From: a bacterium
GTDB lineage: Bacteria; CG03
NCBI GenBank assembly: GCA_013791675.1
Contig: VMTI01000208.1
Coordinates: forward strand, 1 to 49,237
Reading direction: 5' to 3'
DNA: 49,237 nucleotides
The stretch's first letter is position 1; each line of letters begins with the position of its first letter. Positions 30,014-38,432 of the stretch are shown piece after piece. The translations under genes and the position numbers were made by a program. The notes beneath the pieces were generated by a model. That model did not search any database. It saw only the letters and a list, made by a program, of their open reading frames with translations, and was not told the origin of the DNA.

Positions 30014-30996
30014 GATACAGGAAACTTCTTGTCACCGGCGGCGCCGGATTCATAGGGAGCGAGTTTGTCAGACAGAATGCCGGGAAATACAGAATAGCGG
30101 TTGTTGATAAACTCACATACGCGGGCGACATTAAGCGCCTGGCGGAAGTCGCGGGTAAATACTCTTTTTACAAAACGGATATTTGCGACTCGCGTAAAAT
30201 AGAAGCTGTTTTCAAAAAAGAAAAACCCGACGCTGTTGCCCATTTTGCCGCGGAAAGTCACGTTGACCGGAGCATTGACGACGCCTCGGTTTTTATGACG
30301 ACCAATGTCATAGGCACGCAGGTGCTGCTGGACGCGGCTAAAAAGCATAAGGTAAAAAGATTCCTGCATGTGTCCACCGACGAGGTTTATGGGGATATTA
30401 TCAAAGGAACATTCAGCGAGAATTCGCCTTTTTCACCGAACTCCCCTTACGCGGTGAGCAAGGCCGCCGCGGATATGCTCGTGTCCGCCTATCACAGGAC
30501 TTACGGACTGCCGGTTGTGATAATGAGGGCGAGCAATAATTACGGTCCCTGGCAGTTCCCGGAAAAACTTATTCCCGTTATAATAATGAACGCGCTCAAA
30601 AATAAAAGGGTGCCGGTTTACGCCAAAGGCCTGAACGTGCGGGAGTGGCTGTATGTCACGGATTGCGCGAAAGCGGTCGCCGCTATTCTTGAAAAGGGCG
30701 ACGACGGCCAGGCCTACAATGTCGGGAGCGGCATGGAGAAAAAAAATATTGATGTGGTCAGGGGCATTCTTGACGCGCTCGGAAAGCCGGATCGGCTCAT
30801 AGAGTTTGTGAAAGACAGGCCCGGCCACGATATAAGATATGCGCTGTCCGTCGCAAAAATAAGGCAAAAGCTCCGCTGGAAGGCGGGGACGGCCTTCGCC
30901 GAGGGGCTGAAAAAAACCGTTGACTGGTATGTAAAAAACACAAAGTGGACAGCGCGCGTTCTGACGGAAGAAAAAAAGACGGGGAGATCAAAATGA
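30010..30996 (+). CDS. rfbB: dTDP-glucose 4,6-dehydratase
   Basis: [26 protein letters not shown] (YxxxK), [11 protein letters not shown] 30010 overlaps the rfbA stop (ATGA). The track start 29893 lies inside rfbA. Confidence 0.92.
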   Translation: MRYRKLLVTGGAGFIGSEFVRQNAGKYRIAVVDKLTYAGDIKRLAEVAGKYSFYKTDICDSRKIEAVFKKEKPDAVAHFAAESHVDRSIDDASVFMTTNVIGTQVLLDAAKKHKVKRFLHVSTDEVYGDIIKGTFSENSPFSPNSPYAVSKAAADMLVSAYHRTYGLPVVIMRASNNYGPWQFPEKLIPVIIMNALKNKRVPVYAKGLNVREWLYVTDCAKAVAAILEKGDDGQAYNVGSGMEKKNIDVVRGILDALGKPDRLIEFVKDRPGHDIRYALSVAKIRQKLRWKAGTAFAEGLKKTVDWYVKNTKWTARVLTEEKKTGRSK

Positions 30997-32735
30997 ACAA
31001 CAATCAAAAAAAATCGCGTTTCTGGTTTTATGCCAGCGTCGCCGTGGTGGCCTTTTTTGCCCTGAAGTTTGCCGCTAATCACGTCAGGGGAAACGATTTT
31101 AAAGCCTCTTTCGTCGCGGAAGCTCATGCGCAGGACGCCTCAGCTAAAACGGCATCGAGCCCTGCTTCTTCGGAAATCGGCACGAGCAGGAACCTGGATA
31201 CGCCGCTGGGCTTGCGGCTTTTAAGTTTTTTCGGCATTTTCGTGCTTCTACTGATAAGCTACGCGATGTCGGTTGACAGGAAAAACATAAACTGGCGGCC
31301 GGTGATATGGGGGATAGCCCTCCAACTGATCTTCGGCCTCATAGTCCTGTCTGATACCGTCGGCTATTTTTTCTTCAATGTCGTCGATTACAGCGTCAAC
31401 ATCCTCCTTTCTTTCAGCGAGGAGGGTGCGGCTTTTGTTTTCGGCAAACTCGCTTACGGCCCGGGAAATCCCAGGGGGCTTAATGAGGGGATGTTTTTCT
31501 TTTTCTCGGTTCTGCCGACAATTGTTTTTTTCTCCTCTCTTATGACTATCCTTTATCATCTTGGGGTCATGCAGTTTATAGTCGAGAAGATAGCCCATGT
31601 GATGCAGAAGACGATGAAGACTTCCGGATCCGAGACCCTGTCGGCGGCGGCGAACATATTCGTCGGCCAGACGGAAGCGCCTCTTGTCATTAAGCCGTTT
31701 ATAAAAAACATGACGACCAGTGAGCTCCACGCGGTCATGACGGGAGGTTTTGCAACGGTGGCCGGAGGCGTGATGGCGGCGTATGTGCTTTTTCTGAAAG
31801 ATTATATTCCAAACATTGCGGGGCATCTCGTCACGGCGAGCATAATGAGCGCGCCGGCGGCGCTTGCCGTCTCAAAAATAGTGTACCCCCAGACAGAACA
31901 TTCGGAAACGACGGGAGAAACGAAAATAGAGGTTGAAAAGCCCGATGCCAATGTTATAGAGGCCGCCGCGCGCGGCGCTTCCGAGGGCATGACCCTTATG
32001 CTCAATGTCGCGGCAATGCTCATGGCTTTTGTCGGCATGATAGCGATGGTCAATTTCGGGCTGGAAAAATTCTGTGATTTGACCAGCAGTATGGTCGGCA
32101 GGAATCCTTATAAACTGGTTCTCGATGAGGCCGCGGCCAAAAATATAAAGCAGGGCGACACAATAAGCATCAACAACGGGATAATGACTTTTGAGTACAA
32201 TGTGAAGGAAACGCGGAGTAAGAGCGTTATCATAAAAGAAAGGCTTTCCTCGACTTACAAAAGCAGCCCATACACCGTCCGCCGCGGCGGCAAACTTCTT
32301 TTCAGAGGTACGGACGCCAAAGGTTCCAAGCCGCTGTTTTTTCTGAATCTCTCCATCCTTTTCGGCCTGATATTTTCTCCGATAGCATGGACGATGGGCG
32401 TGCCGTGGAGAGAGGCCGCGGTGGTGGGAAGGCTCCTCGGCGAGAAGCTCATTCTCACGGAATTCATCGCGTATCTGAATCTTGCGGGTATACTGAAGAC
32501 CGGATACCAGACCTTATCGGGCGAGGTGATAATGCTCTCGCAGCGTTCGGCGGTGATAGCGTCCTACGCGCTGTGCGGTTTCGCGAATTTCGCTTCCATA
32601 GGGATACAGATAGGCGGTATAGGCGGCATCGCCCCGAACAAAAGAGCGGCGCTTGCCAAAATAGGGATCAGGGCGATGTTTGCCGGAGCCATAGCCGCCT
32701 GCATGACCGGCACGGTCGCCGGAATACTGATGTAA
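30993..32735 (+). CDS. concentrative nucleoside transporter (NupC/CNT family) with N-terminal extension and internal ~85-aa insertion
   Basis: VFGKLAY, NIFVGQTEAPL, SELHAVMTGGFATVAG, IFSPIAWTMGVPW, ALCGFANFASIG. ATG 30993 overlaps the rfbB stop. Confidence 0.85.
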   Translation: MNNNQKKSRFWFYASVAVVAFFALKFAANHVRGNDFKASFVAEAHAQDASAKTASSPASSEIGTSRNLDTPLGLRLLSFFGIFVLLLISYAMSVDRKNINWRPVIWGIALQLIFGLIVLSDTVGYFFFNVVDYSVNILLSFSEEGAAFVFGKLAYGPGNPRGLNEGMFFFFSVLPTIVFFSSLMTILYHLGVMQFIVEKIAHVMQKTMKTSGSETLSAAANIFVGQTEAPLVIKPFIKNMTTSELHAVMTGGFATVAGGVMAAYVLFLKDYIPNIAGHLVTASIMSAPAALAVSKIVYPQTEHSETTGETKIEVEKPDANVIEAAARGASEGMTLMLNVAAMLMAFVGMIAMVNFGLEKFCDLTSSMVGRNPYKLVLDEAAAKNIKQGDTISINNGIMTFEYNVKETRSKSVIIKERLSSTYKSSPYTVRRGGKLLFRGTDAKGSKPLFFLNLSILFGLIFSPIAWTMGVPWREAAVVGRLLGEKLILTEFIAYLNLAGILKTGYQTLSGEVIMLSQRSAVIASYALCGFANFASIGIQIGGIGGIAPNKRAALAKIGIRAMFAGAIAACMTGTVAGILM

Positions 32736-32741
32736 GTCAAT

Positions 32742-32778
32742 GGGGACGGTTCCTAATGCTGCATTAGGAACCGTCCCC
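32742..32778. terminator. perfect 18-bp-arm inverted repeat (GGGGACGGTTCCTAATGC t GCATTAGGAACCGTCCCC)
   Basis: Read directly; arms at 32742-32759 and 32761-32778. Lies between the transporter stop and the tatD start. No U-tract, so it could be a transcript-end/stability hairpin or a protein-binding palindrome. Confidence 0.4.
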
Positions 32779-32786
32779 AATACCCA

Positions 32787-33542
32787 ATGATTGACACGCA
32801 TTGTCATCTCACTGACAAAAAATTCGCGTCCGACAGAGACGCTGTGATATCCCGCGCCCGTGAGGCCGGAGTGAAAAGGATGATATGCGTTCTCACCGAG
32901 TTCGCGCCTGAAGATATATCGCTGTTCAATGACTTGATATCAAGAGACGGCATCTGGGGCGCCGCCGGCTGTCATCCGCACGAGGCGGATGAATACGAAA
33001 AAATAAAGGGCATTCTGACCGGGCTTCTGGAAAATAAAAAAATCGTCGCTCTCGGCGAGATTGGCCTTGATTATTTCTATGAGTATTCTCCCCGTAAAAT
33101 CCAGATAGATGTTTTTGAGAGGCAGCTCCAGATGGCGAAAGAAAAAAAACTTCCCGTTATCGTGCATTGCCGCGAGGCCCGGGATGATTGCGCGGCAGTC
33201 CTTAAAAATTTCAGGGATGTCAAAACGCTCCTTCATTGTTTTTCGGGCGACAGCGCTCAACTGGAATACTGGCTTGAGCAGGGTTATTTTGTCTCTTTCG
33301 CGGGACAGGTCACATTCAAAAATGCCGGAGCTTTGAGGGAAACCGCTTTGAAGATGCCGCTTGACCGGCTGCTTTTAGAGACGGACGCGCCGTATCTGGC
33401 GCCCCAGCCGGTGCGGGGAAAGAGGAACGAGCCGGCCTATGTAAAACACACTTATGAAATGGCCGCTGAAATTATGGGCATTGGCACGGCGGAGTTTTCC
33501 AAAGCTGTTGATAAAAATGTCCGCGCCTTTTTTGGTGTGTAG
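32787..33542 (+). CDS. tatD: TatD-family metal-dependent hydrolase/DNase
   Basis: IDTHCHL, GEIGLDY, VIVHCREA, LLHCFSG, LLETDAPYL. Confidence 0.9.
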   Translation: MIDTHCHLTDKKFASDRDAVISRAREAGVKRMICVLTEFAPEDISLFNDLISRDGIWGAAGCHPHEADEYEKIKGILTGLLENKKIVALGEIGLDYFYEYSPRKIQIDVFERQLQMAKEKKLPVIVHCREARDDCAAVLKNFRDVKTLLHCFSGDSAQLEYWLEQGYFVSFAGQVTFKNAGALRETALKMPLDRLLLETDAPYLAPQPVRGKRNEPAYVKHTYEMAAEIMGIGTAEFSKAVDKNVRAFFGV

Positions 33543-33548
33543 GTAAAT

Positions 33549-33557
33549 TGCTATAAT
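33549..33557 (+). promoter_or_regulatory. extended -10 promoter candidate (TGcTATAAT)
   Basis: TG at 33549-33550, TATAAT at 33552-33557, 38 nt upstream of ATG 33595, which has a GGGGGGA SD. Confidence 0.35.
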
Positions 33558-33594
33558 GGCGCATGTAAGTGCGCTGTGAATTTGGGGGGATGAT

Positions 33595-34164
33595 ATGATA
33601 AAAGTGGTTTTAGTGTTATGCGCTGTGTTTTTAAATTCATGCGCGGGGACGAGCTATATAACGCCGGACACGGTGACAAAGTATGATTCAAAATTCAGCG
33701 ATACCGACCTGAAAATGATGTCGTCTTACATGGCGGAATCACTGAAAAATTCGGATGTTATTAAGGGTGCGGAAAAAAAGGCGCTGGGTATTCTGCATAT
33801 TAAAAACAAAACCAGCGAGCACATAAACAGCGACGGCATCGCGGATAAACTTATGGTCAATCTTCTGAAAACCGGTAAAGTCAAATTTGCCGACAGGGAG
33901 AACCTGAAAGAGCTCATAGAGGAACAGCGTTTGAGCGCCCTGGGTATGGTGGACGAGTCTAAGGCGAAGGAAATCGGAAAGCTTTATGGTATAGATTATT
34001 TTTTATCGGGTTTCATAGAATCAATTGAGAAGAGGTCATCACGGAGTGAATTGACATATTACCGTCTGAGTTTGAAACTCACGGATGTTGAGACGGGTGA
34101 GATTGTGTGGGCGGATGAAATGGAGCTTAAAAAAAAGAGCAGTACTCATATAATGGACTGGTGA
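33595..34164 (+). CDS. LpoB-like (penicillin-binding-protein activator family) lipoprotein
   Basis: Lipobox FLNSC. ILHIKNKTSEH, GKVKFADRENL, GIDYFLSGFIESI, YYRLSLKLTDVETGEIVWADE - colinear with E. coli LpoB as I recall it. Confidence 0.7.
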   Translation: MIKVVLVLCAVFLNSCAGTSYITPDTVTKYDSKFSDTDLKMMSSYMAESLKNSDVIKGAEKKALGILHIKNKTSEHINSDGIADKLMVNLLKTGKVKFADRENLKELIEEQRLSALGMVDESKAKEIGKLYGIDYFLSGFIESIEKRSSRSELTYYRLSLKLTDVETGEIVWADEMELKKKSSTHIMDW

Positions 34165-34174
34165 AAATAAAAAA

Positions 34175-35326
34175 ATGCGCACAGCAGAAGAGAAATTAAA
34201 AATTCGCGGCGCCAAGGTTTTTGTCTGTCTGGCAGGTCTTGTTTTCCTCGGCTCGTGCGGCGGTCCGCTCCAATATACAAAAAACGGCGATTTGCATTAT
34301 TCGCGGGGAGAATATGAGCGGGCTGCGGCGGAATACAGGAAAAATATCAAATATTATGAGAGCATAAATTATCCGCTTTATATGCTGAATCTCGCCGTGG
34401 CCAATTACAGGGCGGGTTTGTTGGATGAGTCTGAAAGAGCATTTTTGACGGCTTTGAAACTTTCGCGCGGCGAGAATTTGAGCGCGCTTGAGAAAAATTT
34501 CGGTTTTCTCGCGCCGAAGTCGGAGGAAAGTTATCGTCTCAGGAATTATGAGGAAGTCATGGCGCATTTTTATCTTGCTCTGATATATGTCAGGACGAAC
34601 AAACTGGATAAGGCAATAGTGGAATTTAAAAAGATAAATCTCATTGATCCTGAATATCCGCTCATGCGTTATATTATGGGGAAAAGTTATCAGCTTGACG
34701 GTAAGACGGAGGAAGCGGAAATAGAATTTCGTCTGACTAACAGATACAGAAAAGAATTTCCATACTCATATTTTGACAGGATTGAATTTTACGAGAGAAG
34801 CGGCATGAGCGGGGAAGCCGCGGGAGCGCTGAAAAAATATCTTGCGGCGGACGGCGGAAGCAGGCTCGCTGAAAAAGTGTCGGAAAGAGCTTTTGATTTT
34901 AGCGGGAGTGGCGAGTTAATAGTGCTTCTGGAACCGGAAAACCATGTTGAAAAGATTAAGAAAAAAAACAGAGGCTCATATTTTTATAAGATTTATATTG
35001 ACGGGGAATATTACGGCAAGTCGCACATCATAGAGGATATAGATTTGCAGAAGACGAAAAAACGAATAAGTAAAATGTTAAAAAGCGCGCTGAAGGATGC
35101 GGCGCGGTCAATGATTATAGAAAAAGTGTTTGGCGGCACGGCTTCGGATAATGTTGAGAGAAGGGAATGGGAAAAGATTCCGGGAATTGTACACATATTT
35201 AAAACGCATTTACCGACGGGCAGTTACAAGATGAAAGCGGTTCTTTATTTTAAGGAAATTGAAATCAGCGAAGCGGAAAGAACCGTTGAAATAAAGGAAA
35301 GCGGAGTTAGATTTGTGTCGTTTTAA
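34175..35326 (+). CDS. TPR-repeat lipoprotein
   Basis: Lipobox FLGSC. TPR-like helices (YERAAAEYRKNIKY, AHFYLALIYVRTNKLDKAIVEFKK), followed by a C-terminal non-TPR domain. Confidence 0.65.
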   Translation: MRTAEEKLKIRGAKVFVCLAGLVFLGSCGGPLQYTKNGDLHYSRGEYERAAAEYRKNIKYYESINYPLYMLNLAVANYRAGLLDESERAFLTALKLSRGENLSALEKNFGFLAPKSEESYRLRNYEEVMAHFYLALIYVRTNKLDKAIVEFKKINLIDPEYPLMRYIMGKSYQLDGKTEEAEIEFRLTNRYRKEFPYSYFDRIEFYERSGMSGEAAGALKKYLAADGGSRLAEKVSERAFDFSGSGELIVLLEPENHVEKIKKKNRGSYFYKIYIDGEYYGKSHIIEDIDLQKTKKRISKMLKSALKDAARSMIIEKVFGGTASDNVERREWEKIPGIVHIFKTHLPTGSYKMKAVLYFKEIEISEAERTVEIKESGVRFVSF

Positions 35327-35358
35327 AGCGCGCGGGTTTTAATAACCGAGGGGGGAAA

Positions 35359-36273
35359 ATGAAAAAAATGTTTTGTTATTGTGCGGCGGCCATTATTTTG
35401 ACAATTGGCCATGGTATTTTCGCTTATGAAGCGGAAGCCGAATCAAGTGTTGTCACGACAGATTCTGTTATCTGGCAGCAGACGAGTGTGGATACGATAG
35501 AGCCGACGCCGGATGCGGAAGAAACCGCGGTGGCGGAGGGTGTGGAAATGGGGATGCATATGATTATTGCGGACAAGACGAAAGTCGTTATTATTCCTCT
35601 TTCATATATTCTGCCGATAGATGTGATCGGCGGGAAGCTCTCACTCGGAGCCGGAATTCCATGGATACAGAAAACCAGCGCGGTAGATGAAACCAAATCA
35701 GGATTAGGGGATATTTCCCTTAAAGCCACGCATGACTACGGCGACGAAGTGTATTTCAGGAGAATATTTTCGGTTATCGTGAAACTGCCCACAGGGGATG
35801 AAGCCGCAAAATTCTCCGACGGTTCCTCCGCTCCTTTGGGAAAAGGGAGTCTTGATTACGCTTTCGCTTTTTCAGGAATCAGAAGGATGGGCACTTTCCG
35901 GCTTATAGGAAACGCGGGCTACAGATTTAACGGAGAATTTAAGGACACTGTCAATAATTTAACGAAAAAGTATGGCAATGTTATGAATCTGCTTGCGGGA
36001 ACGGAGTATAAGCTGAATTCACAGTTGTTTCCCTTTGTTTATGTGAGAATGGTTGAAACAGGTGAGTCGGAAACGGTATGGACGGGATGGTTATCGAAAA
36101 ATCAGGATGATGTAAAGGCAATAGACCTTATTACCGGCGCTAGATATAAAGTTCTTGGAAGTATCAGTTTAAGCGGCGCTTTGGAATTTCCTGTTTCCAG
36201 AAAATATCACGCCGGCGTCGTGGAGCCGCCGAACAAGGTCACCCTGACTTTGAAAGCGAATTATAAATTTTAG
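35359..36273 (+). CDS. outer-membrane beta-barrel protein (MetA-pathway/transporter-like family)
   Basis: Signal peptide ending FAYEAEA, alternating beta-strand pattern, SGLGDISLK motif, C-terminal aromatic residue (..ANYKF). Confidence 0.6.
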   Translation: MKKMFCYCAAAIILTIGHGIFAYEAEAESSVVTTDSVIWQQTSVDTIEPTPDAEETAVAEGVEMGMHMIIADKTKVVIIPLSYILPIDVIGGKLSLGAGIPWIQKTSAVDETKSGLGDISLKATHDYGDEVYFRRIFSVIVKLPTGDEAAKFSDGSSAPLGKGSLDYAFAFSGIRRMGTFRLIGNAGYRFNGEFKDTVNNLTKKYGNVMNLLAGTEYKLNSQLFPFVYVRMVETGESETVWTGWLSKNQDDVKAIDLITGARYKVLGSISLSGALEFPVSRKYHAGVVEPPNKVTLTLKANYKF

Positions 36274-36336
36274 GCTCTATCCGAAATCGGCTTGTCTGCC
36301 GGTAGGACGACCACAAGCCCACCTGCTCCGCCAACA

Positions 36337-36357
36337 GGCACGGTCTGCCGTTTTTTT
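36337..36357 (+). terminator. possible intrinsic terminator (short GGCA/TGCC stem + T7)
   Basis: T7 tract at 36351-36357 preceded by a weak 4-bp stem. A stronger 7-bp stem (GGCTTGT/ACAAGCC, 36289-36319) lies just upstream. The overall structure is unclear. Confidence 0.3.
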
Positions 36358-36407
36358 CTGCGTGTTGTAAGCATCAGGCTGATTTTGTAGACTTGCTTTG
36401 TAAACAA

Positions 36408-37196
36408 ATGTATAAAATAGCGGCAGCTTTATCTTTGATTATGTTTCTGGGATGTTCCGCTTCGGAAACACCCGTAAGCGCTCCTGAAATGACAGTCAGT
36501 TTTCTGCCTGTAGGGGGATATGCCGCGGTTTTTTCTCTTCCCTGCGGCGGAACAATGCTTGTGGACACGGGTGACGCGGGGCATGCCGGGCAACTTGTTA
36601 AAAGTGTTCGCGCTCAGATGCTGGGCGATCAGTTTGTGTATCGTTTCCTTTTATTTTTCGGATGGCAGCCGAGACTTGACTGGCTGGTCATCAGCGATTT
36701 TTCTCCGGAGAGAACCGGGGGTCTCAGGGAAATACTGGAAAATTTCCGGGTTTGGAAAATTTATCTGCCGTATGAGCTAAACAATCTGTTGATCGTCCAG
36801 TCGGATAGGATAAACAATTTAAGATTTCTTTTGGGGATGACGGGCAGGCCGCTGCTTTCGCTTTCATGCGTCGACGGCATTGAACTTTACCAGGACAAAA
36901 CCGGAATGAAATTTTTTGTGCTCAGGCCGGTGAAACCTCAAAAATCTGTTTTAGATTCATCGTTTTGCGCAAGGCTGGTTTACGGCGGTATGAGGTTTCT
37001 TTTAAGTTCCGCCCTGACTGAAAAAGATCAGGAACGTCTCTGCTCTTATATGGCGGAAGAGATTAACGCCGATGTGAGTTATCTGCACGATAATATCAGC
37101 GGCCGGTTCCTTGATATGGTTGCTCCGGTGAGAGAAATTCGCAGGGGAGAAGACGCCCGTTTTATTACCGACGGCACTGTTTTGGAAAAAATATAA
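36408..37196 (+). CDS. lipoprotein with degenerate ComEC-type metallo-beta-lactamase fold
   Basis: ATG 36408 gives MYKIAAALSLIMFLGCSAS (lipobox). VSFLPVGGYAAVFSLPCGGTMLVDTGDA is colinear with the ComEC MBL domain, but the HxHxDH position reads ISDFSPERTGG. Confidence 0.6.
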   Translation: MYKIAAALSLIMFLGCSASETPVSAPEMTVSFLPVGGYAAVFSLPCGGTMLVDTGDAGHAGQLVKSVRAQMLGDQFVYRFLLFFGWQPRLDWLVISDFSPERTGGLREILENFRVWKIYLPYELNNLLIVQSDRINNLRFLLGMTGRPLLSLSCVDGIELYQDKTGMKFFVLRPVKPQKSVLDSSFCARLVYGGMRFLLSSALTEKDQERLCSYMAEEINADVSYLHDNISGRFLDMVAPVREIRRGEDARFITDGTVLEKI

Positions 37197-37213
37197 ACGG
37201 AGGAAATTTGATT

Positions 37214-37654
37214 ATGAAATACAAAAGATCCATTCTGAATGTCCTGTTTAATGTGTCGGGCGCCAAAAGATATCTGGCGCTGCTCGCCGGTACGATTCTA
37301 ATTTTTGTTTTACTGTTAGGGGTTACCAACTTTATTTTTATTAAATCACTTCAGCTTGGGCCTTTCGCGGAAATTCATCTGGCGCGCGGAATCAATCTGA
37401 TTTTTATTTTGTGGCTGGCGGAATCAATTCTTCTTATTGGGCTTTCCGGCTGGCTGTCTCTTGTGCTGTCAAGAAAGATTGCGGGGCCGATAAAGCGTCT
37501 GGAGCGGGTTCTTGACGAGATAATCGGCGGGAAAAACAGCAGACTTGTTCTCCGCGACGGGGATGCTTTGTTTGGTTTGGCGGAACGGATTAATATTTTG
37601 CTTGAAAAATATGAGGCCGGAAAAGGTTCCGGTGAAGCGCGGGGGACGGATTAA
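37214..37654 (+). CDS. membrane protein with two TM helices and a HAMP-like domain only
   Basis: ATG 37214 is 9 nt after GGAGGA. Two hydrophobic helices, then LSRKIAGPIKRLERVLDEI...LFGLAERINILLEKYE. No output domain. Confidence 0.6.
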   Translation: MKYKRSILNVLFNVSGAKRYLALLAGTILIFVLLLGVTNFIFIKSLQLGPFAEIHLARGINLIFILWLAESILLIGLSGWLSLVLSRKIAGPIKRLERVLDEIIGGKNSRLVLRDGDALFGLAERINILLEKYEAGKGSGEARGTD

Positions 37655-38399
37655 GATTTTGAAAAAAGCCATTGTCATAGGAGCCAGTTCGGGGATAGGG
37701 CGGGCTCTCGCGAAAGAGCTGGCCGCGCACGGTTATGAGGTCGGTCTCGCTGCGCGCCGGACGGCGCTGCTGGAAGAGCTTCAAAAAGAAATAATCTCCA
37801 AAACTTACATAAAAAAAATTGACATAAGCGATGTCATTCCCGCGCAAAAACTGCTGAGGGAATTAATAGATGAGATGGGCGGCGCCGACCTCATCGTGAT
37901 AAATTCAGGTATCAGCGTGACGAACAAAGATTTCCGCGCGGAGCCGGAGCTTGAAACCATAGCCGTCAATGTGAGCGGTTTTACGGCGATGATGAATGTC
38001 GCGGTGAATTATTTTCTGGAAAAGGGCTTCGGGCATATCGTCGGAATATCATCAATAGCGGGCATTCGGGGCGCGGCCCCCGCTCCCGCCTACAACGCGT
38101 CCAAAGCGTTTGTGTCAAATTATATGGAAGGGATGAGACAAAAACTCAGTGGAACGAAAATAACCGTCACCGATATAAGGCCGGGTTTTGTCGCCACTCC
38201 GCTGATAGAAGGCCATGAATGGGCTTTCTGGACGGTGCCGCCGGAAATTGCCGTTGGACAAATATGCAGAGCGATCAGAAAAAAGAAAAAAGTCGCTTAT
38301 GTGCCGAAGCGCTGGTATTTTGTCGCGCAGTTTTTGAAAATTGTGCCTGAATTTTTGTATAATTGGGGCTACAACAGGATTTTTTGCGGGAAGGAGTAG
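37611..38399 (+). CDS. short-chain dehydrogenase/reductase (classical SDR)
   Basis: IVIGASSGIGRA, NSGI, YNASKAF (YxxxK). The start is uncertain: ATG 37611 overlaps the previous gene by 44 nt, while TTG 37659 (after GGGGGACGG) would give the usual short N-terminus. Confidence 0.85.
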   Translation: MRPEKVPVKRGGRIKILKKAIVIGASSGIGRALAKELAAHGYEVGLAARRTALLEELQKEIISKTYIKKIDISDVIPAQKLLRELIDEMGGADLIVINSGISVTNKDFRAEPELETIAVNVSGFTAMMNVAVNYFLEKGFGHIVGISSIAGIRGAAPAPAYNASKAFVSNYMEGMRQKLSGTKITVTDIRPGFVATPLIEGHEWAFWTVPPEIAVGQICRAIRKKKKVAYVPKRWYFVAQFLKIVPEFLYNWGYNRIFCGKE

Positions 38400-38432
38400 G
38401 CGGGGTTTTAACCCCGTGTTTGGGAGGAAAAA

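Noticed and set aside
32387-32767. 126-aa Arg/Gly-rich plus-strand ORF overlapping the 3' end of the CNT transporter
   Set aside because: It is off-phase inside a well-supported transporter gene, and its composition is a typical GC-rich frame artefact.
36274-36392. Structured 119-nt intergenic region (7-bp stem GGCTTGT/ACAAGCC, duplicated GTCTGCCG, T7 tract) as a small RNA or riboswitch
   Set aside because: It has no similarity to any RNA family I can recognise by eye, and it has no tRNA-like features. The simplest reading is a compound terminator for the beta-barrel gene, so only a low-confidence terminator is reported.
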